From contig JAQGDQ010001047.1 of NCBI GenBank assembly GCA_030141605.1, positions 3,801 through 67,800 on the forward strand: DNA of 64,000 nt, written 5' to 3'. The translations under genes were made by a program, and so were the position numbers. The notes beneath the pieces were generated by a model. It was given only the letters and a program-made list of their open reading frames with translations. It searched no databases and was not told where the DNA came from. The stretch's first letter is position 1. Every line of letters begins with the position of its first letter. The DNA is from Tubiluchus corallicola. Lineage: Eukaryota; Animalia; Priapulida. This document shows positions 62,234 through 64,000 of this stretch, in pieces.

Positions 62234-64000
62234 GACCAAACTATCTAAAGTGACATGCGTTTGTCATGGATTTATTAGGTCCTTGTTGTCTGAACTTATA
62301 GATTTTTTATAGATTTTTTTAGATTTTAATAGATTTATTTCACAATAAACATATACATATACATTACATTACATGTGCACGATAATCAGGTTTTGTTAAT
62401 ACAAAATTGTGATACAATTCATGAATTCTGCGCTAGAGACCTAAGAACTAGCTTATGGTAGGCCACTAGAATTAGTTACGAATACATCTAAAAATTACTT
62501 CTACTAACCGGTAGTATAAACTAAACAACCTAATAGTAGCCAACAACTTTATAATAAGCAGTGAAGATAAAATTAGCAATTAAAGTAATTAATTAATGTA
62601 CAAAATTAATCGTATTTTTTATTGTTTCATTAATTTAAACACAGGTTCGCTGCAGAAAATGTTTTTATGTGGTATGACCAAGCTGTTTGTTAGTTAGTAA
62701 TTAAAACCAACCCAATGAGATACTGATTAATTGAATAAACGCAAAATTTGTTTATGTTTGTGCAGCTTAACGTGCGTCATTATGACACTACAATTCGCGA
62801 ATCGAAAATGTATTTATTGAGTTAAAAACAGCCTATGTAAAAGATGTACTACTTTGTTGCTGAGGATATGAAACCATGAACGTAGGTGTGTAACTAAGCT
62901 AGCATAACTAACTTTTAGTATAACTTTTTTTGTTGAGATTTAGTTATATATATATATATATATATGCACGCTTTTAGCGTTGATTTTGAATTACTGATGC
63001 TTTATTGTATATAATGCAAATGTGAATTAAACGTCCGGAAAGGCGTGATGGAATGAGTTGTATATAATAGTGTGTTTCACTATTTTTGTATAACATTTTA
63101 TCGTTTATTCTGTACGTTTTTAACTACTGTTTTGTATGGAAGAAAACCTGAAGTAAAAGTTTAAATTCAAAATTCAAAAATTTAACTTCTTTGCTGAATA
63201 AAAAACGTCGTAATAGGTCTACAAAATAATCTTGTATACGTTTTTACAGTTTTTGCATATTCTCGTCGTAATTATTTTATCCACAATTATATTAATTAGC
63301 ATAATTTATGTAGAAAAAGTTGTACTTCAAGTATGAGGAACCCGTTAAGAAGTAATCGAGTATTATTTTGTACTCTATTCTTCTGCCGACACGCATTTCA
63401 CGCTGTTTAAAACCAGAAAATGCACCTTCACGAATACACAATGCCAGCGCGCTCTTATACTTTTTTAAAAGCATCTGAAGTTAAAATGGGTCATTCCACA
63501 ACGGACAGAATTTGGCAGCGTCCCGAAGTGAATGAGTTAAGATGGGATCCCTGCGGGGTTTGCGGGTAATAAAGCACATGACAAATACAGAGCTGGAGAA
63601 CACTCATATAGTACATAGAACGCAAACAAGAATGGTTCGCAGACGCCGTCCGCAGTTTTAATGCATTTTATCTGAAAAACTGGTTAGTAAAAAAAGCAGG
63701 AAAAGGGACGTAAAATGACTTGGCATTGCTAGACTGAGCGCGCTAAAGGGTTAAAGCATTTTATTGTTGTGCTCTGCTTTCCTATATAATGCTCTACAGA
63801 GTATATTTGGACAAATAGTAAACCGCAAACAAGAGTTGAAAGAAAATGTAAAATCCACCGGTATTGTCGCGGACTAGTTTTGAAAAGATTTCGAAATGGA
63901 GCTCGACTAAATGTAAAGCCCTCTTTTCAGTGTGGCTTGTTGGGAAAATACGCTGTAAACCAATTTCAATCTTGTTGTAAACTGAAAAATAATAAACCTT

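Larger units (their letters stand above)
56638..64000. repeat. Large spaced inverted repeat: left arm from 56638 or earlier to 59707, spacer about 59708-60607, right arm 60608 to beyond 64000
   Basis: Right arm is the reverse complement of the left (identical ORFs 57164-57346+ and 63292-63474-; window end matches 56638); runs off the window. Confidence 0.97.

Noticed and set aside
56884-63754. TTAA|CCCTTT...AAAGGG|TTAA as the ends of a giant piggyBac explaining the palindrome
   Set aside because: Inverted homology continues at least 246 bp outside these sites to the window edge, so they are passengers in the arms, not its boundaries

Overview
AT-rich eukaryotic (invertebrate-type, probably bilaterian) genomic DNA; the organism cannot be determined from sequence alone. 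Four intact, spliced housekeeping genes can be reconstructed exon by exon, arranged as two head-to-head pairs: V-ATPase V0 subunit d (ATP6V0D, - strand, 8 exons, 348 aa) <-> adenosylhomocysteinase (AHCY, + strand, 9 exons, 433 aa), and ubiquitin-conjugating enzyme UBE2C (- strand, 5 exons, 179 aa) <-> gamma-SNAP (NAPG, + strand, 10 exons, 310 aa). Introns and intergenic DNA are packed with hAT, Tc1/pogo, piggyBac and Kolobok-like MITEs, tRNA-derived SINEs, LINE 3' ends, solo LTRs, mini- and microsatellites. The most unusual structures are: (i) a 29-copy 47-bp minisatellite built from the AHCY exon 8/intron 8 junction, giving 17 extra GT donors; (ii) three unrelated minisatellites with nearly the same period (48, 47, 45 bp); (iii) a spaced palindrome with arms of at least 3 kb at the right end, which carries a captured UBE2C intron/exon fragment and a hAT insertion in one arm facing an apparent excision scar in the other; (iv) a hAT MITE flanked by a 71-bp rather than 8-bp duplication; (v) a U12-type intron next to an 18-nt microexon in NAPG and a GC-AG intron in AHCY. 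I found no evidence of a novel protein-coding system; most ORFs in the supplied track are spurious. Comparisons with human genes and TE families are from memory and were not database-checked.
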